A DNA stretch of 53,353 bases from Spirochaetota bacterium (GTDB lineage: Bacteria; Spirochaetota; UBA4802; JAFGJZ01): positions 1-53,353 of the forward strand of contig JAEWVM010000066.1 of the NCBI GenBank assembly GCA_023396615.1, read 5' to 3'. Both the position numbers and the translations under genes were made by a program. The notes beneath the pieces were generated by a model that was not told the DNA's origin, searched no databases, and was given only the letters and a program-made list of their open reading frames with translations. Below are positions 9,557 to 18,943 of the stretch, piece after piece (within the stretch, counting starts at the first letter, position 1; the number at the start of each line of letters is the position of its first letter).

Positions 9557-10366
9557 ATGGAAAAATACTTTAGAGTATTCAAGTTCATGTTTCAGGTTTT
9601 AGGAATGATAAAAAATAACAAAATTCTTTTGAAACCGCTTTTCTTAAATGTTATCATCGGCGTCTTTTTCAGTATTGCTCTAACCGTCGGGATGTATTTT
9701 GTATCAAATACAACACTGCTTTATGTTATTCTACTAATCGGATTAATCATTCTTTATTTCAACGATTACTTCAACAACGGTATAACTGCCTGCCTTATTT
9801 ACGATCTTGTAACTAATGGCAAACCTGATTTTAAAAAAGCAGTTTCTAAAACATCTAAATCTTTTTCCGGAATTTTGATATTCGCTTCAATTTCAGCATT
9901 TATTGATCTTTTGGCAACTTATGCGGAAGAACGTGACGATTTCGTCGGAAGAATAATATTAAACATTGTTCACGCAATATGGACAACTGCCACATATTTT
10001 GTCATGCCCGCAATGGTGATAGAAGAGCTTGGATTTTTTAAAGCTTTCTCAAGCTCTAAAAACTTTATGAAAAAAGATCCTACTCAGGTTGGAATCGGTG
10101 TAATCGGTATGGGTCTTGCCACATGGGTAATGAACATTATTTTTACAGCACTTGCTTTCGGTTCATTTTATTTTCTCTCAAGATTCAGCGTCATTCTCGG
10201 GGGAATTTCTTTCTTTATGATGCTGAACATATTTTGGGGTCTTTCGGGATATCTCAAAATCACCTATTTTACATGTTTTTATGTTTGGGCAAAAAATTGC
10301 GCAAACGCAAATTCTTCAGAGGTTTCACTTGCGCCAAAACCTCTTGCTGCGGTTCTTGCAGATTGA
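9557..10366 (+). CDS. multi-pass integral membrane protein of unknown function
   Basis: About 6 hydrophobic helices. AAGGAG lies 7 nt upstream of the ATG. No catalytic motif recognised. Confidence 0.6.
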   Translation: MEKYFRVFKFMFQVLGMIKNNKILLKPLFLNVIIGVFFSIALTVGMYFVSNTTLLYVILLIGLIILYFNDYFNNGITACLIYDLVTNGKPDFKKAVSKTSKSFSGILIFASISAFIDLLATYAEERDDFVGRIILNIVHAIWTTATYFVMPAMVIEELGFFKAFSSSKNFMKKDPTQVGIGVIGMGLATWVMNIIFTALAFGSFYFLSRFSVILGGISFFMMLNIFWGLSGYLKITYFTCFYVWAKNCANANSSEVSLAPKPLAAVLAD

Positions 10367-10374
10367 TTTTTTTC

Positions 10375-10405
10375 AGCAGAGAGCTTCTCGGCTCTCTGCT
10401 TTTCT
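10375..10405 (+). terminator. intrinsic terminator
   Basis: AGCAGAGAGC-TTCTCG-GCTCTCTGCT followed by TTTTC. Confidence 0.7.
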
Positions 10406-10515
10406 ATAGCATTAACAATATTTCTTCAAAACTAAAAAATTCAAATCATCAAATCAATTCTTTTCATGTTTGACATTTTTCTCAAAGATTGTTTTCGTGA
10501 AATGAGGCTTCATAC

Positions 10516-11886
10516 ATGAAAATATTACTTGTACTGCTTTTGATAATTTCTTCATCGCTATTTTCACAGAACGGAAAAATAACTGTATCATTATTATACT
10601 TTTCAAATATTGAAAAATCTTCCGGAAATTCTTCTGACAACAATTTCATAGGTAAGGCTCTAACGGAATTCTCATATGCCGAACTTTTCCGGATAAAAGG
10701 AATTTCTCTCATTGAAAGAAATACACTCGAGAAACTGTTAAATGAAACAGAACTTTCAATGACGGGAATTGTCGATGAAACAACAGCCCCTAAAATCGGA
10801 AAACTGCTGGGAGCAAAAACAATTATAGACGGCACATATCTTGTTTCAGACAGCAAATGTACCGTAACTTATAAAATAATCGATACCGAAAAGGGTGTGA
10901 TTTTAAAAGCCGGTACCGTTTCGGGAACAACAGACAATATAGGAGAACTTGTTAAAGACTTTACACTTTCAACAGCCTCTTCTCTAAAAGAGATTTATCC
11001 TTTAATTGACATCACACAAATGAAATCATCAAGCACTGTAAAAATATCAATCAATTCAGCAAAAATTTTCGGTAATGCTCTTGATATGAAAGACCGCGGA
11101 AAACACTCAGAAGCCGCTGAACTTTTTAAAAAACTTCTTGAAAGCAATCCGGATTATCAAATGTTCAAGAATGCGCTAAAAGACCTCGAAAAACGAATGT
11201 CAGATTATGACAAAACAAGAGAAGAAATAATTTCAAAAAACGCAAATCAGCCAATGACATGGAACAATTTCATGAAACTCACTACAACGTATGTTTCTTC
11301 TATGAAATATACAATGCTTTATGAGATTTCTGCAAAATACAGAAACAATCCGCCGGAAACTCCTGAAGGATATATTATTGAAAGCTCCGAACTTATAAAT
11401 TACTATATAATTGCGGCATTAAACGGTCTCAACAAATATTCCGAAGTGATTCATGAAGGAGAAGCCTTTCTTCATAAATATCCATCTTCTGTTTATTATA
11501 CGGCAGTAAAAACCTACATCAGACTTTCATCCGAAAACTTAAAAGAACGTGAAAAAAATAAAATCACTATTTCAAGTTCACTTAAAGCTATCGAAGATAA
11601 ATTTTCTTCTCAGGGCGAATCCGCTCAAAATTACCACAAAGGCCTTGAGCTTTATTCAAAAAAATTTTACAAGGAAGCATACGAAACATTTAAAAAAATA
11701 AATCTTAAAGAATCAGCTTCAATAGGTACAACCGGCGACAATATTCTCTTTTATATTTTTCAATGCCATGCATTGATTCCCGATAAAAAAGGTGCCGAAA
11801 AATCATTGAAAACAATGGAAATACTTTACCCTGATTCCGAATACCTCTCAGGAATGAAAACGCAAATAGATTTCATCGGAGAATAA
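10516..11886 (+). CDS. secreted protein with a CsgG/LpoB-like N-terminal domain and a TPR-like helical C-terminal region
   Basis: Signal peptide. N-terminal ...ITVSLLYFSNIE...FIGKALTEFSYAEL...ISLIERNTLEKLLNETELSMTGIVDE..APKIGKLLGAKTIIDGTY resembles the CsgG/COG-type lipoprotein fold. Helical repeats follow. Confidence 0.4.
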   Translation: MKILLVLLLIISSSLFSQNGKITVSLLYFSNIEKSSGNSSDNNFIGKALTEFSYAELFRIKGISLIERNTLEKLLNETELSMTGIVDETTAPKIGKLLGAKTIIDGTYLVSDSKCTVTYKIIDTEKGVILKAGTVSGTTDNIGELVKDFTLSTASSLKEIYPLIDITQMKSSSTVKISINSAKIFGNALDMKDRGKHSEAAELFKKLLESNPDYQMFKNALKDLEKRMSDYDKTREEIISKNANQPMTWNNFMKLTTTYVSSMKYTMLYEISAKYRNNPPETPEGYIIESSELINYYIIAALNGLNKYSEVIHEGEAFLHKYPSSVYYTAVKTYIRLSSENLKEREKNKITISSSLKAIEDKFSSQGESAQNYHKGLELYSKKFYKEAYETFKKINLKESASIGTTGDNILFYIFQCHALIPDKKGAEKSLKTMEILYPDSEYLSGMKTQIDFIGE

Positions 11887-11912
11887 AAAACTAATCCTGC
11901 AGAAATACTGCC

Positions 11913-13499
11913 CTAAACAAGCTTGAGAAACCTATCAGCAATTGTTTTCAGCATTTCTGCATCAGGTTTAACACCGCCGAATCGCACACTGTCGAGATAT
12001 TCTTTTTCAGTTTTTGTCTCAATTCCCGCAGTACTCAATTTATTTATAACATAATATAGGATTCTTAATGTCTCCTGAGTGTCTGCATTTCCGGAAGATA
12101 TCTTTCTAAGATCGCTTATCACTGAATCAGATTTATCATTATCAACTAATACTTTTGATTTATTTTCAATTTTAGTATTAACTGAATCAGTTCTGACAAT
12201 TTTTCTGTTTCTTAAATATATCATTCCTACAAAAACAATAATCAATACCGTAATTAATACAAATATAATCATTCTCGGATCAGATTCGCTTACTTTATCC
12301 GATTTATCTTCAGTCAGATTCTCAGATTTTGAATCAGCTATATCAAAATCAGGAAGTATATACTCCAGTTTGACATATCTTGACACCATGGGATCATAAA
12401 CTGACATATGTATTTTTACATCATCAAGACGGCCCTTTTTTAACGGGATAATGCTTATGTTATACTTTTTGACTCCCGAAAAAACATAATCTTTCAAATC
12501 AATCTGAGGTTCATCACCTTTTATAACAATCTGATAATTATCATTTTTTTCAACAACAGGATCCTTTATTGTAAATAAATTTCCCGAACCCTTCAACTGA
12601 AGAGTAAGCGGAATTTCGGAATGAACTCTTGATTCAGTCTTTCCGGCTTCTCCCGCAAGTGAAAACGTTCCGACTGCGGCGGCAAAATCGTCAGGGGCGC
12701 CGTCAGGCAAAGATGATATTTTAATCTTCTTCATCGGAAATTTTAATTCACGGTTTTGGAAAGACCTGAAAAGGTTTGCCGAATCAAATGAAAAAATAAC
12801 ACTTCCGCCGCCGACATCATATTCTCCCGGTTTCAGCGGAACAAAAACGAAATTTACAGCTGTCCATGCGCGGTATTTTTTTCCATTAACAACGACATCT
12901 TCCGAAGCTTCAGGCAGAATAAATTCTTTTGAGTAAAAACCTTCTGCCTTTGGAGCTTCATTCAGTCCGCTTACTGAGATATCTCCATCGCCGGATGAAA
13001 GAATAAGATACCTTAGACAAACAGCATCTCCGACATAGTATTTCCTGTCCGCAATTTCGATACGCGGAATAATTTCAGTTTTAACAGCCGTATCATCTTC
13101 TTCATCAAAAATACTACGCCGTGAAACATGACTTTTAGCATTAAAACTGACTTCCTTTGTCCGGTAATTCTCACCGTCAACAATTACATCAAAAGGTTTA
13201 ACTACAACTTTGCCGTCCCTGTCGGGAATTATTCTGTACTGAAGAGACAGACTGGATGAACTTTTTCCATTTATCCAACTGAAATTTCTGGACACTCCGG
13301 CATATAAAGCTTTCGCACCGATACAAACCGGTTCACTGCCCGGTTCCATTTGCTTAGAGTTTTTCGAGCTTACAGATAGAGTATATCCGCCGAAAAAATC
13401 ATTCTCAATTTTAACATCCAATTCCGCTGACAAAAGAAACTGCGGAAGGAGAAATAACAAAAAAGTCAAATTACCAATTTTTTTCAGAACTGAAACCAT
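11913..13499 (-). CDS. batD: BatD-like (oxygen-tolerance family) membrane protein
   Basis: Last gene of the bat-type operon: signal peptide, large beta-rich ectodomain, one C-proximal TM (MIIFVLITVLIIVFVGMIYL) and a helical tail. Track ORF starts at GTG 13511; an ATG lies at 13499. Confidence 0.6.
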   Translation of the reverse strand: MVSVLKKIGNLTFLLFLLPQFLLSAELDVKIENDFFGGYTLSVSSKNSKQMEPGSEPVCIGAKALYAGVSRNFSWINGKSSSSLSLQYRIIPDRDGKVVVKPFDVIVDGENYRTKEVSFNAKSHVSRRSIFDEEDDTAVKTEIIPRIEIADRKYYVGDAVCLRYLILSSGDGDISVSGLNEAPKAEGFYSKEFILPEASEDVVVNGKKYRAWTAVNFVFVPLKPGEYDVGGGSVIFSFDSANLFRSFQNRELKFPMKKIKISSLPDGAPDDFAAAVGTFSLAGEAGKTESRVHSEIPLTLQLKGSGNLFTIKDPVVEKNDNYQIVIKGDEPQIDLKDYVFSGVKKYNISIIPLKKGRLDDVKIHMSVYDPMVSRYVKLEYILPDFDIADSKSENLTEDKSDKVSESDPRMIIFVLITVLIIVFVGMIYLRNRKIVRTDSVNTKIENKSKVLVDNDKSDSVISDLRKISSGNADTQETLRILYYVINKLSTAGIETKTEKEYLDSVRFGGVKPDAEMLKTIADRFLKLV

Positions 13500-14175
13500 C
13501 AAGACCTTCACCTTTGCTTTTCCTCACTGGATTTTTCTTCATGCTTTCAAGAATTGAATCAAGAAGTTTTTTGTCTATTTGCTGAGCATTCCCGCCTTCC
13601 GGTTTTGAACCATTATCTCCGTCTTTATCTTTTTTCTTATCTCCATTATTGTTGTTTTTATTATCTTTGCCCTTTCCATTGCTATTCTGATTATTCTGAT
13701 TATCTTTCTTGTCCTGATTGTCCTGATTATTTTGATTGTTTTGATTATCATCATTATTCTGATTATTCATAGCTAGATATTCAAGATTCTTTCTAGCCTT
13801 GTCATATTCAGGGTCAACTTTCAATGCGGCAATGTAATTCTCTGCGGCTTCTTTTTTTCTTCCGCTTTTTGCATATATATTTCCCATATTAAAAAAAGAT
13901 TTCTTTTTAATTTCATCATCACCCGCCGAAGATGCCTTCATGTAACAATCAACTGCTTCATTTTCTTTTTTCATCGCGGCATAAACTTTTGCCTTGTTAA
14001 ACTCAAGCGCAGCCATTGACCTATCCGGTGCAGAATATGATGACGCTTTTTCAAATAAATCAAGCGCCTTCTCGTATTCTCCTCTTCCGAATGCTTCAAT
14101 TCCTTTTTCATTAAAATCCTTAAACGGATCAAGAAACGCTAAAAACAATACGGAGCAAATTAGAATTTTTTTCAT
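13471..14175 (-). CDS. batC: BatC-like TPR protein with an N/Q/D/K low-complexity region
   Basis: TPR-like repeats (GEYEKALDLFEKA..., AVDCYMKA..., AAENYIAALKVDPEY). Position between batB and batD. 4-nt overlap with batB. Confidence 0.6.
   Translation of the reverse strand: MKKILICSVLFLAFLDPFKDFNEKGIEAFGRGEYEKALDLFEKASSYSAPDRSMAALEFNKAKVYAAMKKENEAVDCYMKASSAGDDEIKKKSFFNMGNIYAKSGRKKEAAENYIAALKVDPEYDKARKNLEYLAMNNQNNDDNQNNQNNQDNQDKKDNQNNQNSNGKGKDNKNNNNGDKKKDKDGDNGSKPEGGNAQQIDKKLLDSILESMKKNPVRKSKGEGLDGFSSEKNW
13609..13767 (-). repeat. coding low-complexity tract (NNQNNDDNQNNQNNQDNQDKKDNQNNQN...)
   Basis: Degenerate 6-9 nt periodic DNA (ctgattatt / ttgattgtt units) encoding aa 137-189 of BatC. Confidence 0.8.
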
Positions 14176-15143
14176 TTCTTAAATCTCCACATAATGCTCT
14201 CGGAAAACAATAACAGAAAAAAGCAAAAAACAAAATATTGATATTTCTCTTTCTTTTTCTTAACAAGACGCGAAGACTTTTGCTTACCTGAATCATTAAT
14301 TTTATCTGCAATCTCAAAAACAGCCGAATAAGAATCGTTAATATCAAAATACTTTCCGCCTGTAATATCCGCAACATTTTTCAGAGTTTTAAAATCGGCC
14401 TTTGATACTATAACCTCGCCATCATCACCGCGCAGTACCTGTTTATCTTCTTCATTAAGATATACAGCTGAACCGGAATCTTTACCAACTGAAGATGTGT
14501 AAACAGTTATCCCTTCACTCTTCAGTTTTTCCGCAACTTCAACTGCATTACCTCCATGATCTTCACCGTCAGATATGAGGTACACAAACTTATCAGCGAG
14601 TTCCTTTTTAGCAATTAACTTATAAGCCTTATCGAGAGCCTTTCCTATATCCGTTCCCTGGATACCTATAGATTTTGTAGAAATAGAATCTATAAAAGCT
14701 GAAAATGCTTCCGAATCATCAGTCAGAGGACAAAGCATGAATGCTTCGCCCGCGAATATTATTATTGCATAACGGCCGGAGGCATTTTGTCTTAAAAGCT
14801 TAACAGCTTCCTTTGCTCTTTCGAGGCGGGACGGAAAAACATCCTCAGCAAGCATGCTTCTGCTCACATCAATAACCATAACGACGTCCTTACCTTTTAC
14901 CGGACGCATTGTAAGTTCCTCACCGTACTGCGGGCGCAGTAGAGCCGCAGATGAAAGAATCACAGCTATACCAAAAATTATTTCTGAAGCAAGAATTCTT
15001 TTCCTTCCGCCGACTCGCCGGAAATCTCCAAACAGTTTTTCAGTCATTTTACGTCTGAAAAAAGCGTAATAAACTATAAAACCGCATAATGCCGCAGAAA
15101 AAATAATTATATGAATAAGGTAACTGCTGTTCGCAAATATCAT
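14172..15143 (-). CDS. batB: vWA-domain membrane protein BatB
   Basis: N-terminal TMs followed by the MIDAS motif VVMVIDVSRSM and a vWA fold. 4-nt overlaps on both sides. Confidence 0.75.
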   Translation of the reverse strand: MIFANSSYLIHIIIFSAALCGFIVYYAFFRRKMTEKLFGDFRRVGGRKRILASEIIFGIAVILSSAALLRPQYGEELTMRPVKGKDVVMVIDVSRSMLAEDVFPSRLERAKEAVKLLRQNASGRYAIIIFAGEAFMLCPLTDDSEAFSAFIDSISTKSIGIQGTDIGKALDKAYKLIAKKELADKFVYLISDGEDHGGNAVEVAEKLKSEGITVYTSSVGKDSGSAVYLNEEDKQVLRGDDGEVIVSKADFKTLKNVADITGGKYFDINDSYSAVFEIADKINDSGKQKSSRLVKKKKEKYQYFVFCFFLLLFSESIMWRFKK

Positions 15144-16138
15144 GGTATTTTCCTGTAAACAACCGATCGAAGAATTATTTCAGCAAAAAAGAAAATTACC
15201 GAAGCCGCAAGAAACGGGAAAAAATTATCTTCGAAATCGTAGAATTTTTTAACCTTATAGCGGCTCTTCTCAAGCATATTAATATCAGAAATACTTTTTT
15301 CAAAAGCATCCTTATCAGCTGCACGGTAATATTTTCCGCCTGTTTGTTCAGAAATGCTTTTAAGGAGTTTTTCATCAAATTCATTTTGGATATAACGTTT
15401 AGAAAAAATAGCATTACCCGTAGGATATGCAACTTTTCCGTCTTTTCCTATACCAACTGAATATATTTTTATTCCTAGTTCTTTTGCCGCAAGAGCAGCG
15501 GTACCAGGATCAACAACTCCTCTATTATTTACTCCATCAGTTAAAAGTAAGATTACACGGCTTTGCGCCTTGCTATCTTTAAGCCTGGCAGCACTCATCA
15601 CAATCGCCTCACCGATTGCAGTTCCATCAGTCTCGACCGAATCAAAATCAGTTTCAGAAACTATTTCACGGATAATTTCTTTATCCGAAGTTAACGGCGC
15701 CTGCAAATAGGCTTCTCCTGCAAAAATAATAAGACCGACTCTATCATTTTCACGATTTGCGATAAAACGAGAAACAATTTCTTTTGCCGCTACCAGCCGG
15801 TTTGGCTGCAAATCCATGCCCTGCATCGATGGAGAAAGATCCAGTGCAATAACTATATCTACACCGTAATTTTCAATTTCGGTATAATTCACTCCCTTTC
15901 CCGGACGGGCAAGAGCAATTACGGCGAAAAAAAGAGCAAGAAAACGCATAAGAGGAACAGTGAGATAAGTTTTCCGGAAAAATGATTTCTTCTTTTTAAT
16001 CATTTTACCTGACGGAAAAAGAACCGAACTCTCCGACAAAATCTTAGAACGGAAATAAACATAATATGCCGCGACCGGCACTAAAAGCAAAAGAAATACA
16101 GCATTTTTAAACTCAGGCACTTTCTCTTTCCCTCGCAA
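15140..16138 (-). CDS. batA: vWA-domain membrane protein BatA
   Basis: N-terminal TMs, the MIDAS motif DIVIALDLSPSM, ..LLTDGVNN.., and a C-terminal TM. Confidence 0.75.
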   Translation of the reverse strand: MRGKEKVPEFKNAVFLLLLVPVAAYYVYFRSKILSESSVLFPSGKMIKKKKSFFRKTYLTVPLMRFLALFFAVIALARPGKGVNYTEIENYGVDIVIALDLSPSMQGMDLQPNRLVAAKEIVSRFIANRENDRVGLIIFAGEAYLQAPLTSDKEIIREIVSETDFDSVETDGTAIGEAIVMSAARLKDSKAQSRVILLLTDGVNNRGVVDPGTAALAAKELGIKIYSVGIGKDGKVAYPTGNAIFSKRYIQNEFDEKLLKSISEQTGGKYYRAADKDAFEKSISDINMLEKSRYKVKKFYDFEDNFFPFLAASVIFFFAEIILRSVVYRKIP

Positions 16139-16991
16139 TCATTTCAGCAAAAGAACGGCATTTTTCAAAATTCTCAGATAGTAGTTCTGAAGAAAATTCC
16201 GCTTCGGCAAACTTAATCATATCCCACATTCTCATAACTTTCATAAGTTCATCACGGTGCTTTTCATTCTTGAATATTTTTTCACGGTCTGTCAGCTCAT
16301 CAACAATCTCGGATGATGTCATTTCGGAGGCATTGAATCCGATCTCGCCTGTTATATACTCCCTGAACGCAAAAGATAATGTATCTGCAAAAGATTCCTG
16401 GGTTATATTTTTAACACTTAACTTCTTTATCCGTTTTTGAAAAACAACTAAAGGTATTTCCTTCTTCAACTTGGACTGTTTTCTGCGGCGCAAGATATAT
16501 CTAATAAGAAAAAACAAAATAATCAAAAGAATTATTGAAGCAACGATTAAAAGGATCAGCCTTACGGGATATCCTGATGCTTTTAAAAAATCCTCATCCT
16601 CCTCAAATTTGCCTTCCTTGTTAACCGCCATAACTTCAATTCGAGGGGGCTTGTATCCTATTAAATTTTTTTCCTTATCACGCAACTCAATAAGAAATAA
16701 GTCAAAAACTCCCGTCTTATAAAAACACAGTTCAATAGTTACGCTCTTTTTAGCGTCATCATTATAAGAAGAAATTATTTCATAAAACGGAATCTCTTTA
16801 TCATCATCAGCATAATAATATTTTGAATCGGGAAGCGTAACTAAGAGTTCCGGAAGTGAGGAATAATCAACAGTATAAACTATTTTATCGGCAACACGCA
16901 CAGAAGTTTTATCTGAACTGGAAATTATCTCTGCAGACAAAACTGAGCAAAAAAATAAAAAAGAAGTCAAAAAGAAAAATATTCTCACCAT
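16113..16991 (-). CDS. membrane protein of the bat operon (DUF4381-like position)
   Basis: Signal peptide, central TM (LILLIVASIILLIILFFLIRYIL) and a helical cytoplasmic tail. Occupies the slot between DUF58 and batA. Confidence 0.45.
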   Translation of the reverse strand: MVRIFFFLTSFLFFCSVLSAEIISSSDKTSVRVADKIVYTVDYSSLPELLVTLPDSKYYYADDDKEIPFYEIISSYNDDAKKSVTIELCFYKTGVFDLFLIELRDKEKNLIGYKPPRIEVMAVNKEGKFEEDEDFLKASGYPVRLILLIVASIILLIILFFLIRYILRRRKQSKLKKEIPLVVFQKRIKKLSVKNITQESFADTLSFAFREYITGEIGFNASEMTSSEIVDELTDREKIFKNEKHRDELMKVMRMWDMIKFAEAEFSSELLSENFEKCRSFAEMIARERESA

Positions 16992-17815
16992 CGTGAAACC
17001 TTTCCCTTATTTCTCTTTTCAAAATATTTTACAGTAGAATTTAGAGGATCTTCATCGGTTGAAAGATCAAGCACACTGAAATATTTCAATTCATCAGAAT
17101 CAAAAGGAACTATACCGTCACTTATTGACTGCTCACCCGATTCACTGTCCCGGAATTCGATTATTCCACCGAAAGGGATTAGTTTTTCAGAAACATCGCT
17201 AACCTTAACCGGGATCAGCTGATGACGTCTTGCCAGAATTTTTAAATTTCTATCAAAAGAATCATCAAGAAAATCAGATATGATAAAAACAATACTGCGT
17301 TTCTTCAAAGTATTATTAAGAAATCTGCAAAGCTCATTAACATCGGTATGACTGCTTTTAGGTGAAAAATTCATCATTTTATCAAGTATACGCTGGGCAA
17401 AACGGGAACCCTTTTTAGGTTTAAAAAAATATTCAACAGAATCCGAAAAAAGAGCCGCACTGACTGAATCGTTATTATACTCGGCAAGCTTCAATATAAC
17501 AGCTGCAAACTCCAAAGCCGCTTCGGCTTTTTGAACGGAAGAACCGAAATTCATTGAAGCCGAAACATCGCAGGCAATGACAAAATTAAGTTCGCGTTCT
17601 TCGGTATATTCTCTTACGTGCAGCTTCCCGGATCTTGCCGAAACATTCCAATCAATCGACTTTATCTCATCTCCGAAATTATATTCGCGCAGGGATTCAA
17701 ACAGTATACCATTTCCTTTAAACGCAGAACGGTATTTCCCTGAATATACGGTATTAAGCTTACGCTTAACTTTAATATTTATTTTCTTAAGAAGCCCGCC
17801 GGCAGAGGAACTCAT
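16985..17815 (-). CDS. DUF58 family protein (MoxR-associated, vWA-like)
   Basis: LREYNFGDEIKSIDWNVSAR is the hallmark DUF58 motif. Degenerate vWA fold. Immediately downstream of moxR. Confidence 0.75.
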   Translation of the reverse strand: MSSSAGGLLKKINIKVKRKLNTVYSGKYRSAFKGNGILFESLREYNFGDEIKSIDWNVSARSGKLHVREYTEERELNFVIACDVSASMNFGSSVQKAEAALEFAAVILKLAEYNNDSVSAALFSDSVEYFFKPKKGSRFAQRILDKMMNFSPKSSHTDVNELCRFLNNTLKKRSIVFIISDFLDDSFDRNLKILARRHQLIPVKVSDVSEKLIPFGGIIEFRDSESGEQSISDGIVPFDSDELKYFSVLDLSTDEDPLNSTVKYFEKRNKGKVSRW

Positions 17816-18792
17816 GGAACTTCCACCTGATCGAGTATAAGTTTGATAACTGTGTCTGTCTTGATTTCTTCAGCTTCAGCATCATAAGAAAGTATTATTC
17901 TATGGCGTAAAACATCATACGCAACTTCTTTAACATCATCAGGAGTTACAAATCCCCTGCCCGCAAAAAAAGCCGCACACTTTGAAAGTTTCATCAAAGC
18001 AATACTTGCACGAGGGCTTGCACCGAATTCAATATACTTTTTCATTTTGTCATTCGGTCTTCTCGTAAAGTCAATCAATGATACGATATAGGATAATATC
18101 TTATCATCAACATAAATAGATTCTATTATCTTTCTTATTTCAAAAAGCTTCTCGGCTGTCATAACAGGATTAATCTTTTTAGGATCTATATCATATATCT
18201 TTTTAAGTATCTCGGCTTCTTCCTCTTTTGAAGGATACTCCACAAGAACTTTCATCATAAAACGGTCAAGCTGAGCTTCCGGCAGAGGATATGTTCCTTC
18301 CTGCTCAATTGGATTCTCTGTCGCAAGAACCATAAACGGATCATCAAGTTTATATGTCGTTTCCCCGATAGTGATCATACGCTCTTCCATAGCCTGAAGA
18401 AGTGCCGACTGTACTTTAGCCGGAGCACGGTTAATCTCATCTGCAAGCAATATGTTAGTGAAAAGAGGTCCCTTCCGGGTAAAGAACTCCATGTTTTTAG
18501 GATTAAAAATCTGAGTCCCAGTTAAATCCGCCGGAAGAAGATCCGGTGTGAACTGAACACGGGAAAAGGAAGATGAAATTGATGCGGCAAAAGATCTTAC
18601 TGCAAGCGTTTTAGCGAGTCCAGGCAAACCCTCAACCAGCACATGACCGCCGCAAAAAAGGGCACTCATCATTCTTTCGATAAGTTTCTTCTGACCTATA
18701 ACGTTTTTAGAAATTTCTGAGAAAACTGCATCAACAAATGCACGTTCCGCTTTTACCTGTACGGAAATTTTTTCAATCTCGATGTAATCCAT
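17812..18792 (-). CDS. moxR: MoxR-family AAA+ ATPase
   Basis: Walker A GLPGLAKT, Walker B LLADEINRA, and the MoxR-typical ...LEAMEE-like QAMEERMITIG. Track ORF starts at TTG 18837; the ATG at 18792 has GGAG 5 nt upstream. Confidence 0.85.
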   Translation of the reverse strand: MDYIEIEKISVQVKAERAFVDAVFSEISKNVIGQKKLIERMMSALFCGGHVLVEGLPGLAKTLAVRSFAASISSSFSRVQFTPDLLPADLTGTQIFNPKNMEFFTRKGPLFTNILLADEINRAPAKVQSALLQAMEERMITIGETTYKLDDPFMVLATENPIEQEGTYPLPEAQLDRFMMKVLVEYPSKEEEAEILKKIYDIDPKKINPVMTAEKLFEIRKIIESIYVDDKILSYIVSLIDFTRRPNDKMKKYIEFGASPRASIALMKLSKCAAFFAGRGFVTPDDVKEVAYDVLRHRIILSYDAEAEEIKTDTVIKLILDQVEVP

Positions 18793-18910
18793 AACAGCTC
18801 CGGAATAATAATATTTGTGATTAGAAATTCGGCTCAAAACCAGCCGGCATTAAATAACTTAATCTTCTGTATAAAAGAAAACAAACAGGTTACACTTCGG
18901 CAAGAAAAAA

Positions 18911-18940
18911 TTAAAAAAAAAGCCGGCATCAGCCGGCTTT
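18911..18940 (-). terminator. intrinsic terminator after the LysM lipoprotein gene
   Basis: On the minus strand: AGCCGGC-TGAT-GCCGGCT followed by a T-run of 8-9, directly after the stop at 18944-18946. Confidence 0.8.
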
Positions 18941-18943
18941 TGA

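Noticed and set aside
10482-10856. 124-aa minus-strand ORF overlapping the start of the 456-aa secreted protein gene. Similar antisense ORFs occur at 35419-35844, 39543-39989, 40733-41023 and 22886-23257.
   Set aside because: All are embedded antisense in longer ORFs that have signal peptides or family motifs. None has supporting signals of its own.
13609-13767. Short tandem-like DNA periodicity, considered as a CRISPR array or non-coding satellite
   Set aside because: The units are only 6-9 nt and degenerate, with no spacer-sized unique segments. The tract lies in frame inside batC, so it is a coding low-complexity region.
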